A DNA stretch of 64,000 nt from Syntrophales bacterium (GCA_963664485.1 OY761459.1:2225949-2289948); one strand, 5' to 3'. Numbered from the stretch's first letter, positions 38,192-47,058 are shown. Program-made: numbers and translations. The notes: generated from the sequence alone by a model not told the origin.

Positions 38192-39694
38192 TCACCTCTT
38201 ATTTGTCATGTTTTCTCCCTGCAGTGTTTCTACTATTTCTCTCAGCCGTCCCGCTGTCATGCCTTCCGACTCCGGCAGGATTTCACCTGCGTCGCAGCGA
38301 TTGAGAAGGGCAAGCGTATGCGCATAGTGACGGGATGCCGCTACTGCGCCACCTTCATCCCGGGCGATATTTCCGAGCGAAAAATGGGCGAGAACGTGAC
38401 GCGGATCGAGATAAAGCACCTTTTTTAAAGCGGCTGTCGCTTCTTTCTTCCGGTTCATCTCCTCGAGAATCATGGCCCTGAGAAAATAAGGCGAGGGTTT
38501 GAGCGTATCCTCGGAGAGGGCCTCGTCGCACAGCGCCAGTGCCTCGTCGAGAGCTCCCCGGCCAGCCTTTATACGGGCACTGGAAATCAGTTCGTCCGCC
38601 TTGTTGTACCCTTCCGGCGGCGATGTTTCATACGCTGATGGAGTCGCGACGGTACGATGGCCATGACTCGTCGTAACCGTCGCCCCCCGCGCGGGAGAGG
38701 ACTTCTGGGACGATCTGAAAGGTTTGAGACATACAGGCGCAACGTTTCGTTTCTTTCTTGACACCCGCACCGGAATTTCTCCGCTTTGAGCGAAGTGTTC
38801 CAGTCGATCTTCGTGAGAGGAGTGAGAATCCTTTTGATATAAAGTGACGTCATTGTAGTGGAGAGATCGGAATGATGAAAAAAGGAAAGAAGAGATTTCC
38901 ACCGGGCTTACGATAAGATACCCTCCTTCGGAGAGGCAGCGATAAAAACGTTCCACCGTCGAGGCAAAGTAGTCCGGGGAAAAATACATGAGCACGTTTC
39001 GGCACAGTATGAGATCCATTCCGGAGGTGTTGTTGATGAGTGAGGGATAAATATCCTCCGAAAGGTTAAGATATGTGAAGGTAACCATATCGCGTATGTG
39101 CGCCTTAATTTCAAAGCGGTCCTGTTTTATATTCGTGAAGCAGGAATCCTTGACCCACTTGGGGGTATTTCGAAAAGACCACTTTGAGTAAATGCCCATG
39201 CGGGCCCTTTCGAGGATCTCTCGATTGATATCGGTGGCGAGGATCGTAATATGCCACTGTTCCTTTTCGGAAAGGATTCGGTCGAGGAGAATCGCCAGTG
39301 AATACGGCTCCTCTCCCGTGGCACAGCCGGCGCTCCAGATCCTGAGGTATCTCCCCTGGTCTTTCTTGGATGCAATAAGCTCCGGTAACAGCTTCATTTC
39401 AAGCATTTCGAAAAGAGAAGCGTCTCTGAAAAAAAAGGTTTCGCTGGTAGTCAGATACCCGACAAGGCTGTCGAGCGTTGTGTGATCGATCGAAGAAGAG
39501 AGTAGAGAATGGGTGAATGCAACGGGATCGTCGTGTCCCATCCCCCTGGCGGCCATATCGAGTCGCTGGGCGAGATCTCGATAGTTTTTTTTCTCGAAAT
39601 CAAGCCCTGTTGCCCGGCGGATAAAATCGCCGGCCTGTGAAAGCAGATCTTCCGGAATGGCACGATGGTTTGTCTGTTCGGATCGTTTATCCAT
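38192..39694 (-). CDS. cheR: Chemotaxis methyltransferase CheR with C-terminal TPR extension (WspC/FrzF-like)
   Basis: CheR SAM-binding region (RIWSAGCATGEEPYSLAILL) plus about 120 aa of TPR-like C-terminus. It overlaps the upstream cheW by 8 nt. Confidence 0.9.
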   Translation of the reverse strand: MDKRSEQTNHRAIPEDLLSQAGDFIRRATGLDFEKKNYRDLAQRLDMAARGMGHDDPVAFTHSLLSSSIDHTTLDSLVGYLTTSETFFFRDASLFEMLEMKLLPELIASKKDQGRYLRIWSAGCATGEEPYSLAILLDRILSEKEQWHITILATDINREILERARMGIYSKWSFRNTPKWVKDSCFTNIKQDRFEIKAHIRDMVTFTYLNLSEDIYPSLINNTSGMDLILCRNVLMYFSPDYFASTVERFYRCLSEGGYLIVSPVEISSFLFSSFRSLHYNDVTLYQKDSHSSHEDRLEHFAQSGEIPVRVSRKKRNVAPVCLKPFRSSQKSSPARGATVTTSHGHRTVATPSAYETSPPEGYNKADELISSARIKAGRGALDEALALCDEALSEDTLKPSPYFLRAMILEEMNRKKEATAALKKVLYLDPRHVLAHFSLGNIARDEGGAVAASRHYAHTLALLNRCDAGEILPESEGMTAGRLREIVETLQGENMTNKR

Positions 39695-40211
39695 CCTGCT
39701 CTACCTTTCTCTTCTTTCCCGGCTTAGCAGATTGTTTTGTCTTTGTAAGCTGAAAAAGCGCCTCATCAAGATGGATTTCTTCCTCTGATGAAAGAAAGGA
39801 GTCGAGATCGTGGATATAGACGAGCCCGTCATCGAGTATTACCACTCCGGATATGGGCCCGTTTATTCCAGGTATGGTGTCCTGAGGAACGATTCGAGCT
39901 TCCGGGTAGTCGAAAACACCGGCGACATCGTCGACGACGAGCAGGATAGTCCTGTTACGCGTTTTTGCAACGATGAAACTGTCGCCAGGATCCAGGTCAC
40001 GTTCCGAGAAACCGAAGCGACGGCGTGTGTTGAAAACGGGAAGTAGAGTTCTTTCCAGATTTATGAGACCCGCGACGGCGAAGGGCGCGTTGGGGAGAGG
40101 GGTGATTTCCATTGCAGGAAGAACCCGTACTACCGCAGGTAGGTGAAGGGCGAATCGTTGTGTGTCAAGGGTAAATATGACAAGCTGCATTATAACACTC
40201 TCTTTCCTCAC
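39687..40211 (-). CDS. cheW: CheW-like coupling protein (first gene of the che operon)
   Basis: CheW pattern LVIFTLDTQRFALHL...VAGLINLERTLLPVF. The track start is GTG 40211; ATG 40190 (MQLVIF) is a plausible alternative. Confidence 0.8.
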   Translation of the reverse strand: MRKESVIMQLVIFTLDTQRFALHLPAVVRVLPAMEITPLPNAPFAVAGLINLERTLLPVFNTRRRFGFSERDLDPGDSFIVAKTRNRTILLVVDDVAGVFDYPEARIVPQDTIPGINGPISGVVILDDGLVYIHDLDSFLSSEEEIHLDEALFQLTKTKQSAKPGKKRKVEQDG

Positions 40212-40682
40212 GTGAACTGCAGTAAAATGAATGAGTGCGCCTTGTGTGAGTGTTAAAACCTTATCTGCCTATTCCAATATCCCTTTTTATCCATACTGCG
40301 TTTATACGGGTATAAATGCTGGCATTATACAAGTATTATTAATTGTATGCAAAGAATATTTGGGTTGGTTAGGTAAAAAGCGTGCAGAATCATTCATACT
40401 GCCACAAGGTGGAATATGTCTTTCATTGTCATTAAAACCATAAGAAGCATTCTTACAGCGATCCTTTTTAATGAAGCGGCAAAACTTTATCATAGCCATT
40501 GAAATACAACCTTATGGTGAAAGATACTGAATATTTGTAATATGTTGCAGTACTTTTGCCTGAGCCAATCGATAAACGATGCATTGTATATATTGACAAC
40601 GTGTTCAGGGGCTAGTAGCCTCTAAACAAGAAACAACACATTTAGATAGAAAACATTTTATAAACCGGTGGAAAGGAGAAGA

Positions 40683-41036
40683 ATGACCATGAAAGTCGAT
40701 TTTTACTGTTGGACATCTTGAAGCACCTGTCGCAAAGCGAGAGAGTTTCTCTTGCAGAAAGGGGTTGAAGTAAACTATCACGACTTCTTCAAGAACCCTT
40801 TTAGTCGAACGGAGATCGAAAACCTGCTCCAGGGAAATCCGGTTTCTGAGATGTTCAATTTTCGAAGTCCCAGCTTTAAGAAAATGGGTTTGGAGGAGGG
40901 TGTCTTGACCGATGATGAACTCATGGAACTCATTCTGAAAGAACCTCGCCTTATTCGCCGCCCCGTTGTCCGTATCGGCGGAAATGTATATTTCGGAGCC
41001 AACAGTAAAGCTCTGGAAAAGATCAGTCAAAAATAA
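40683..41036 (+). CDS. ArsC/Spx-family thioredoxin-fold protein with in-frame UGA (probable selenocysteine; UxxC motif)
   Basis: The track ORF (40752..41036, TTG start, no RBS) lacks the family's N-terminal redox motif. ATG 40683 follows an AAGGAG RBS and is in frame. It reads MTMKVDFYCWTS-TGA-STCRKAREFLLQKGVEVNYHDF, with the TGA at 40719-40721 at the position of Spx Cys10 in CxxC(RKA). Confidence 0.7.
40737..40755 (+). promoter_or_regulatory. SECIS-like hairpin 15 nt downstream of the in-frame UGA
   Basis: GCGAGAG-AGUUU-CUCUUGC forms a 7-bp stem (one G.U). The small apical loop contains G and U. Its distance from the UGA is within the range expected of bacterial SECIS elements. Confidence 0.45.
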
Positions 41037-41109
41037 TATTTAAGACCCAGTTTCCGGCCTGGGGAAAGTGATTGTTTGATAAACTGTTTCGCAGAGATGC
41101 TTCTGACTG

Positions 41110-41988
41110 CTACCTCTCGTGATCGTAGGCAGGCCGACGCTCGAACTGAAGTTTACTTTCTCTCTGCTCCGGATAAAATTCTCTCTGCCCATGGGGCGAA
41201 TGCTCCTCCCGGGGCTTTTCAGAATGAATCTTTTCCCCGGTATGCTGTACTTCGGGCCGCTGTCCAACCTGGGGTTTCTTCGGCTGATTAATCTGTTTTT
41301 CTCTTCCGGACTGTCCCTGTTGAAATTTCTGTACCGGTTTTTCTCTCTGCGGATTCTTGTCTTGAAATCGTTTATCAATTTGGTCAATCTCAGGTTGATG
41401 TCTCAACGGGGGATTGTAACGCTGATCGGGCTGTTCTTTCTGAGGCTGTCTCTTATAATATTCACTTTGTTTCTGTTGTATTAACCCCTGCTTCTGTTGT
41501 TGCGACCGAGGTTGATAGTTTTCTACACCCCAGGTCCCCCGTTTTTCCCAATGCCTGTCATCCTGCCAGCTCTTCCAGTGCTGTTTAAGTTTGTGATGGG
41601 GAATCCTTTCATAGTTCCAGTTGTGCCCGTACCAGTTATGATTTCTGTAGCAGTTTCTCCAGCCCACGAAAAAATCAAAATAGAAACTCGGAACGGCATT
41701 ATAGTAATACCAGTCATGGTCGTAATACCTTGAGCGATACCAGCGGTTATTCCATGAACGCCACCACCATCCATCCCAGAAATACAAATCGAAATTTATG
41801 TCGGGGACAGCGTAAACGTAATACGTATCGGGAATCACTATAACGTGGGGGGGACCATTGAACTCAATCGGCGGCGGTTCACCGTAATTTTGATCATAAT
41901 AAACCGGTTCGGGACCAGCGTAGCAGCCTTGTAGAAACAGGAACAGCAATATTACGGCAAATACTTTTGACATTTTTATCTTGTCCAT
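41110..41988 (-). CDS. Putative lipoprotein with Trp/Tyr-rich core and Gln/Lys/Glu/Pro-rich tail; function unknown
   Basis: Signal plus lipobox-like sequence (LLFLFLQGC). The aromatic block is YFWDGWWWRSWNNRWYRSRYYDHDWYYY...NHNWYGHNWNY, and the C-terminal half looks disordered. Opposite-strand ORFs are low-complexity shadows. Confidence 0.6.
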   Translation of the reverse strand: MDKIKMSKVFAVILLFLFLQGCYAGPEPVYYDQNYGEPPPIEFNGPPHVIVIPDTYYVYAVPDINFDLYFWDGWWWRSWNNRWYRSRYYDHDWYYYNAVPSFYFDFFVGWRNCYRNHNWYGHNWNYERIPHHKLKQHWKSWQDDRHWEKRGTWGVENYQPRSQQQKQGLIQQKQSEYYKRQPQKEQPDQRYNPPLRHQPEIDQIDKRFQDKNPQREKPVQKFQQGQSGREKQINQPKKPQVGQRPEVQHTGEKIHSEKPREEHSPHGQREFYPEQRESKLQFERRPAYDHER

Positions 41989-42142
41989 GGCTTTTACCTT
42001 TTCCCTTATATGAACGTCTTATGTAGTCCGTCATGAAACAAGTTTTTCAGCCAAAAGAATTTTGCCATATTTTATGCTTCCTTCGAAGCTGCTTCTTGTT
42101 TTGCCGGTGCGCTGAAACTCTTTCGCCTCGATGATCCGTTAT

Positions 42143-42478
42143 CTATCGATGCCGATGGTCCTGTCGATGGTGATGAGGAATCTGGTGTCTTCGATAATCC
42201 CGATGACCAGTTCTTTTTTGAGGTACATACCTATAGTGGGGCGGATTCACATGACGAGGATAAACGTAAACCGGTCCGGGCGGATAATAAACTCGAATGG
42301 GAGGAGGAGCATTATAAACATACGCGCAACATGGATCAGTTGCTTCAGCAATAACAGTTCCCATTATAATACCTCCAACAATCGCTAACGGCACCCATTC
42401 ATCACCAGCTTCACTCTGCTTAGGTACAGTCAAACCCAGCATTAAAACTGCCAGTACGATAACTATAAAACGTTTCAT
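42143..42478 (-). CDS. Small exported/membrane-anchored Pro/Tyr-rich protein with His/Arg-rich tail; function unknown
   Basis: AAGGAGG RBS before ATG 42478 (MKRFIVIVLAVLMLGLTVPKQSEA signal). Followed by a hydrophobic segment, YVYNAPPPIRVYYPPGPVYVYP, and the C-terminus HQIPHHHRQDHRHR. Confidence 0.55.
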   Translation of the reverse strand: MKRFIVIVLAVLMLGLTVPKQSEAGDEWVPLAIVGGIIMGTVIAEATDPCCAYVYNAPPPIRVYYPPGPVYVYPRHVNPPHYRYVPQKRTGHRDYRRHQIPHHHRQDHRHR

Positions 42479-42635
42479 GAGTAACACCTCCTTTGGTTTT
42501 TCAGACGTTCGGTTCAAAGTTAAAGTTTACATGACCTGTTATAATAAGTGATCGCTATCTCATTTTTACTATCTACCCGCAACCCCTGATCAATATATTG
42601 AAATAAAGAAAATTTTTGATTATCATGCAAATATT

Positions 42636-43100
42636 ATGAACGTACAGCTGATCATAATCCTGTTGATTGGTATCCTGGCAGTCATAATACTCGTGACAAG
42701 GCTTGCCGGCGGTCGTTACGGGAAGCTCTATCCCGGTCAGAACGTCCCTGGATCCGATGCCCCTTTCCGAGTCGACCCGGAGAAGCATTATTACGTCAGT
42801 GGACCTGATTTATATCCCAACGCTTTACTGGGCCTGAACAAGGACTGGGTGTTGAAATCCGATTTATGGAAAAAAAGGGAACTTGACGATGTAGGAATAA
42901 AAGAACTCGTTTTAAACATGCAGGACAGAGCAATGGAAAAGTCGCTTTTTCTTCATGAATTCGATGTCCTCGATGATCGGGGGATGAAGATCGGTGATTG
43001 GTATTCTATAATGGGCCTGCACATCGTGATAAAAATTCTGGATGAGAAGAAAGTTTCCATTACGACACCACCCCTTGATATATACACGGTGACCAAGTAA
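42636..43100 (+). CDS. Hypothetical protein with single N-terminal TM segment
   Basis: 154-aa ORF with N-terminal hydrophobic helix (LIIILLIGILAVIILV). No family recognised. Confidence 0.5.
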   Translation: MNVQLIIILLIGILAVIILVTRLAGGRYGKLYPGQNVPGSDAPFRVDPEKHYYVSGPDLYPNALLGLNKDWVLKSDLWKKRELDDVGIKELVLNMQDRAMEKSLFLHEFDVLDDRGMKIGDWYSIMGLHIVIKILDEKKVSITTPPLDIYTVTK

Positions 43101-43239
43101 AAAGATATTTTCATGTACAAAATCATATCTCCGGGGAAAACATCAACTCCCCGCGTAGTTGGCAAATTGATTTTCCCGCAGCCGATCGTATTTCTTGTAA
43201 AAAACATTTGATAAGCGCCCAACTATAATTGCTTTAAAA

Positions 43240-43788
43240 TCACATTTTCCGGCTGCGAAAGATTTTCGGGATCAGGATGGGTGTTCTTTTTTTATAATCC
43301 ATGTATTCTTCGCCGAGGCGTTTTTCCAGTTCCGGTTCCTCGATCAGTTTGAATTCCAGGATGCTTAAGACCATGAATGCCGGGGTGAAAACAAACAGGA
43401 GGGATAAAGATCCCATGAGAAAAGCGAGCGCGAAGAAGATTAAGAATACGCCCGAAAGCATGGGGTTTCTGACGCAGGCGTAGGGACCGGTATCGACAAG
43501 CTTTGCGGGCGGGCTGACAGGTACGGGAGTTCCGCTCGCCTTCGCGAAATGCACTACCGACCATAACCACAGAAAAACACCAATCGCGAGCAGAGGTAAG
43601 GAGACTACATAATTCCAGGGATATCGAAGGGGTAGGGGAAGACTGAAGAATGCATCGACTCTCAATGCGAGAAATATTGTCAGCAGGATAAGTAAGAGGA
43701 AAAATGCGGCGAAGACCGGTATAAGAAGCATCCGGATGTACTTTTCTCCTGTTACAATCCGGTAGATAAAATCGACGATTCTTTTCAT
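43240..43788 (-). CDS. Isoprenylcysteine carboxyl methyltransferase (ICMT/PEMT) family membrane methyltransferase
   Basis: 182 aa, multi-TM, with the motif LVDTGPYACVRNPMLSG...EEPELEKRLGEEY typical of the ICMT family. Confidence 0.75.
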   Translation of the reverse strand: MKRIVDFIYRIVTGEKYIRMLLIPVFAAFFLLLILLTIFLALRVDAFFSLPLPLRYPWNYVVSLPLLAIGVFLWLWSVVHFAKASGTPVPVSPPAKLVDTGPYACVRNPMLSGVFLIFFALAFLMGSLSLLFVFTPAFMVLSILEFKLIEEPELEKRLGEEYMDYKKRTPILIPKIFRSRKM

Positions 43789-43920
43789 GTCCTGGTTTTC
43801 CTGGTTCTTTAAACCGATGATTCCCGTTTATCACGCCCGAAAACGGCAGGTCAACAAGATGCTTCTCCGGTACGCTTTTTTCAATGTATACCATTTTTTA
43901 TCTCACCATATAAAATTTCT

Positions 43921-43956
43921 TGACAACGGCAAAATAAATGACTAATGTTCACATTT
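43921..43956 (+). promoter_or_regulatory. Sigma-70-type promoter (TTGACA-N17-TAATGT) with overlapping palindrome AATGT-TC-ACATT (candidate TetR operator)
   Basis: Read directly: TTGACA at 43921-43926, TAATGT at 43944-43949, and the inverted repeat at 43945-43956. It lies just upstream of the TetR gene. Confidence 0.4.
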
Positions 43957-43970
43957 GACTAACGGTCATA

Positions 43971-44633
43971 ATGAGGGCGGCAATGCCGGAGAAAATTACC
44001 GGGATATTCATTGAAAAAACAGAAGAACTCCAAAGGCCGATAGGCAGGCGTGAACGGCGCAGGCTCGAAACTCGCGAGAAAGTGTTCCGTGCAGCACTGC
44101 GACTTTTTGCCGAGCGTGGGTTCACCGCTACGACCATAGACGCTATTACAGCAGAAGCGGATATAGGCAAGGGTACATTCTTCAATTACTTCGACAATAA
44201 AGAAAGCATCCTTATGCAGTTTCGGGAGATGCAGATGGAGAGAGTCGAAACGTTTGTAAGGGAAAATATAAACTCCGACGAACCGCTGGCAATGCTTATC
44301 GAGAGACTAGCGCTGACGATGACCCGGGAGCAGAAGAAAAGTCCTCCTTTGTTTCACAGCATGATGGCCGCCATTTTTTCAAATGAAACAATGCGTGAGC
44401 GGTTGGCGGATGGATTGGTTTCGAGCCGGGGTATACTGATCGAGCTCATCGATAAACGACGGCAATCGGGCGAAATCCGCCCGGATATTTCTTCATACGA
44501 AATCGCATGTTCCCTGCAACGTATATTTTTCGGAAGCATGTTCCTCTGGTCGATATCTCCGTCGAGAACTCTTGAGGAACAGTTGCACGATATGGTGGAT
44601 ATATTTGTGAACGGCATCAAAAAGGGGATCTGA
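43971..44633 (+). CDS. TetR/AcrR-family transcriptional regulator
   Basis: N-terminal HTH (REKVFRAALRLFAERGFTATTIDAITAEADIGKGTFFNYF). Confidence 0.9.
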   Translation: MRAAMPEKITGIFIEKTEELQRPIGRRERRRLETREKVFRAALRLFAERGFTATTIDAITAEADIGKGTFFNYFDNKESILMQFREMQMERVETFVRENINSDEPLAMLIERLALTMTREQKKSPPLFHSMMAAIFSNETMRERLADGLVSSRGILIELIDKRRQSGEIRPDISSYEIACSLQRIFFGSMFLWSISPSRTLEEQLHDMVDIFVNGIKKGI

Positions 44634-44692
44634 ATAGTTTGCAGAGTTTTGATATTTTGTAACCGATTATCAAAGGACCGGAAAACAGACAA

Positions 44693-46027
44693 ATGCGTTA
44701 CTTTTTACAGTATCTGATATCAGTGACTATACTTTTCGGGGCTTCGAGCGCGTTCGGGGATTCTTTATCTCCCCGTGTCCTTTCGCTCGACGAGGCGATT
44801 ACCATGGGATTGCAGACGAATGTCAATGTTGTAATTGCGGCGGCAAGGGTAGATGAAGCGGCCGGAGGTCTTGAACGGAGAAAGTCGGCATATCTTCCCC
44901 ATGTAAGAATCGAAACCCCTGTCGCCTATCAGACACGCAACCTGAAAGTCATGGGGATTCCCGATATTCCGGGTGTTCCTTCCATTGTAGGGCCATATAC
45001 CACTTATGACTTTCGGGCCTATGGCGATCAGACACTTTTCGATCTGCAGAGCTATTACAATATCAAAGCAGGCGAGAAGGACAAAGAAGCCAGGGTAAAC
45101 GACTACGAAGATATCCGAAGCCTGATTATCAGGCAGGTAGCCGTCAACTACATTAGTGCGCAATATACGGCGGCGCAGGTGGAAACAGCAGAGAGTCGTG
45201 TAAAGACTTCCGAAGCCCTGGAAGAACTTGCCAGGCATCAGAAGGAAGCCGGGATCGCCGACGGTCTCGATGTGCTTCGCGCCCAGGTTCAGCTTGCCAA
45301 TGATCGCCAGAACCTCCTCATTACCAGGAATTCATATCAGCAGGTCCTGTTGGTGCTGGCGAGAAGCATAGGTCACGATATGTCGATACCCATTGTGCCG
45401 GCCGACAAACTGGCTTTCAAAAAAATCGATCCGCCCCGTATCGAGCAGGCCGTCCGGACGGCCCTGGAAAACCGGCCCGACTACCAGTCCCTTTTTTCTC
45501 AACGGGAATCGATCGAGGAGCAGATCAGGTCCATCCGTTCGCGATATCTTCCGAAAGTTATAATCAGCGGCAACTATGGTGGAAGCGGGAAGGTGATCGA
45601 CGATATCGAGGGATCGGGGATGATCCAGGCGAATCTGGTCATGAGCCTGTTCGATACGGACAGAAAGGGTGAACGCCTGCAACTCGAGAGCAGACTCAAG
45701 CAGGTAGAGCAGCAGATTGCAGACCAGCGACGGGGAATCGAGCAGGATATCCGAGAAGCTTTGCTGGACCTGCAGTCCGCCGAGGAGCAGGTGAACGTTG
45801 CCTTAATCGGCATCGAACTTGCCGAGAAGGAACTGCAATTCGCCGGCGACCGTTTCCGGAACGGTGTGGCCAACAATATCGAAGTGGTGAAGGCACAGGA
45901 TTCCCTGTCACGCGCCCATGACAACAATATCAATGCCCTGGCGAAACATGCCGAGGCCAAGATCGCCCTGGCTAAGGCTTTGGGAAATACGGATAAAACG
46001 TACCGGCTGTTTTTGGGTATTCAGTAA
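44693..46027 (+). CDS. TolC-like outer-membrane efflux protein
   Basis: 444 aa with a signal peptide and duplicated OEP repeat pattern (LSLDEAI..GL..N..V, LL.ARN.Y). Confidence 0.85.
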   Translation: MRYFLQYLISVTILFGASSAFGDSLSPRVLSLDEAITMGLQTNVNVVIAAARVDEAAGGLERRKSAYLPHVRIETPVAYQTRNLKVMGIPDIPGVPSIVGPYTTYDFRAYGDQTLFDLQSYYNIKAGEKDKEARVNDYEDIRSLIIRQVAVNYISAQYTAAQVETAESRVKTSEALEELARHQKEAGIADGLDVLRAQVQLANDRQNLLITRNSYQQVLLVLARSIGHDMSIPIVPADKLAFKKIDPPRIEQAVRTALENRPDYQSLFSQRESIEEQIRSIRSRYLPKVIISGNYGGSGKVIDDIEGSGMIQANLVMSLFDTDRKGERLQLESRLKQVEQQIADQRRGIEQDIREALLDLQSAEEQVNVALIGIELAEKELQFAGDRFRNGVANNIEVVKAQDSLSRAHDNNINALAKHAEAKIALAKALGNTDKTYRLFLGIQ

Positions 46028-46059
46028 ATCATCATCGGTAACTTGAAAGGTCTACATCC

Positions 46060-47058
46060 ATGAAGAAGAAAATAGTGCTCATTATTCTGCTCGCCGCTGC
46101 ATTGGCCGGCGCATCGACCTATTACTATCTTAACAAGAAAAACCATGAGAACGGCACGGTACTGAAAATATCGGGAAACATCGAAGCCCATGAGAGCATG
46201 GTGGGATTCAAGGTACAGGGCAGGGTGGTCGAGTTGCCGGTCGAGGAAGGGCAACCGGTAGAAACCGGTGATCTGATCGCCAGGCTCGACCAGAGCGATT
46301 ACCGGCAACAGGTGGATATCGACGAAGCCGTCCTTAACAGCCGGAAGGCGGAATTAGAGTTGTCGCTGTCCGGCAGCCGGGTCCAGGAGAAGAGATCGGC
46401 GGAACAGGCCGTAGTGGATGCCCGGGCCACTCTCGAGCTTAGTAAAGCCGATTTTGAAAGATACCAGGCTCTTTTCGAGAAAGACGAGGTGTCCGCCCAG
46501 GTAAGGGACAGCTACGCCGCGAATCTGAAACGTGCCCGGGCGATGTACGAAAAGGCCAGGGAAAACCTCGACATGGTAAATGAGGGAGTTCGCAAAGAGC
46601 AGATCGCCGTCAACCGGGCCAATGTCAATACGGCGCGCCAGGCACTCGAACTTTCAAAAATCCGCCTCGGTTATACGGCCCTGCTCGCGCCGTTATCGGG
46701 TGTAGTTCTGGTGCGGCATGCCGAAATCGGTGAAATCATGGCGCCGGGGACTCCGGTCGTAACCATTGCCGACCTCGATAATCTCTGGCTCCGCGGGTAC
46801 ATAAGCGAGACCGACCTCGGCAGAGTAAAACTGGGACAACCTGCTGAAATCAAAAGCGATACATTTCCCGGCAAAGCTTACAAAGGGAGGGTATCCTTTA
46901 TCTCGTCAAAAGCCGAATTTACTCCCAAGAGTGTCGAAACCCATAAAGAGCGGGTCACGCTCGTATACAGGGTAAAAATCGACCTGGACAACTCCACTCA
47001 TGAACTGAAGCCCGGAATGCCCGCGGACGCTTATATCGATAAAACAACTGGAAAATAA
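46060..47058 (+). CDS. HlyD-family membrane fusion protein (YbhG-like)
   Basis: N-terminal anchor, coiled-coil hairpin and lipoyl/beta-barrel motifs (G.V..L.V.EGQ.V..GDLIA.LD). Confidence 0.9.
   Translation: MKKKIVLIILLAAALAGASTYYYLNKKNHENGTVLKISGNIEAHESMVGFKVQGRVVELPVEEGQPVETGDLIARLDQSDYRQQVDIDEAVLNSRKAELELSLSGSRVQEKRSAEQAVVDARATLELSKADFERYQALFEKDEVSAQVRDSYAANLKRARAMYEKARENLDMVNEGVRKEQIAVNRANVNTARQALELSKIRLGYTALLAPLSGVVLVRHAEIGEIMAPGTPVVTIADLDNLWLRGYISETDLGRVKLGQPAEIKSDTFPGKAYKGRVSFISSKAEFTPKSVETHKERVTLVYRVKIDLDNSTHELKPGMPADAYIDKTTGK

Noticed and set aside
40605-41030. 141-aa minus-strand ORF covering the ArsC/Spx-like gene.
   Set aside because: The plus-strand frame carries clear ArsC/Spx-family sequence (STCRKAREFL, LIRRPVV). 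The minus ORF has no recognisable features and is a shadow frame.
41119-41484. Plus-strand ORFs (121 aa and others) opposite the lipoprotein gene, and 42131-42388 opposite the small Pro/Tyr-rich gene.
   Set aside because: These are low-complexity mirror frames. The minus-strand ORFs have signal peptides and good RBSs, and the plus-strand ORFs do not.
42050-42075. TGGCAAAATTCTTTTGGCT-like sequence (minus strand) upstream of the Trp/Tyr-rich lipoprotein gene as a sigma-54 promoter.
   Set aside because: The GG-to-G(C) spacing is two nucleotides too long for a -24/-12 promoter.
27344-43230. Genomic island integrated at tRNA-Pro. The che/KaiB cluster and the AT-rich hypothetical block begin right after the tRNA 3' end.
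   Set aside because: No integrase was found. I could find no direct repeat of the tRNA 3' end by eye further downstream. The che genes look compositionally like the core genes.
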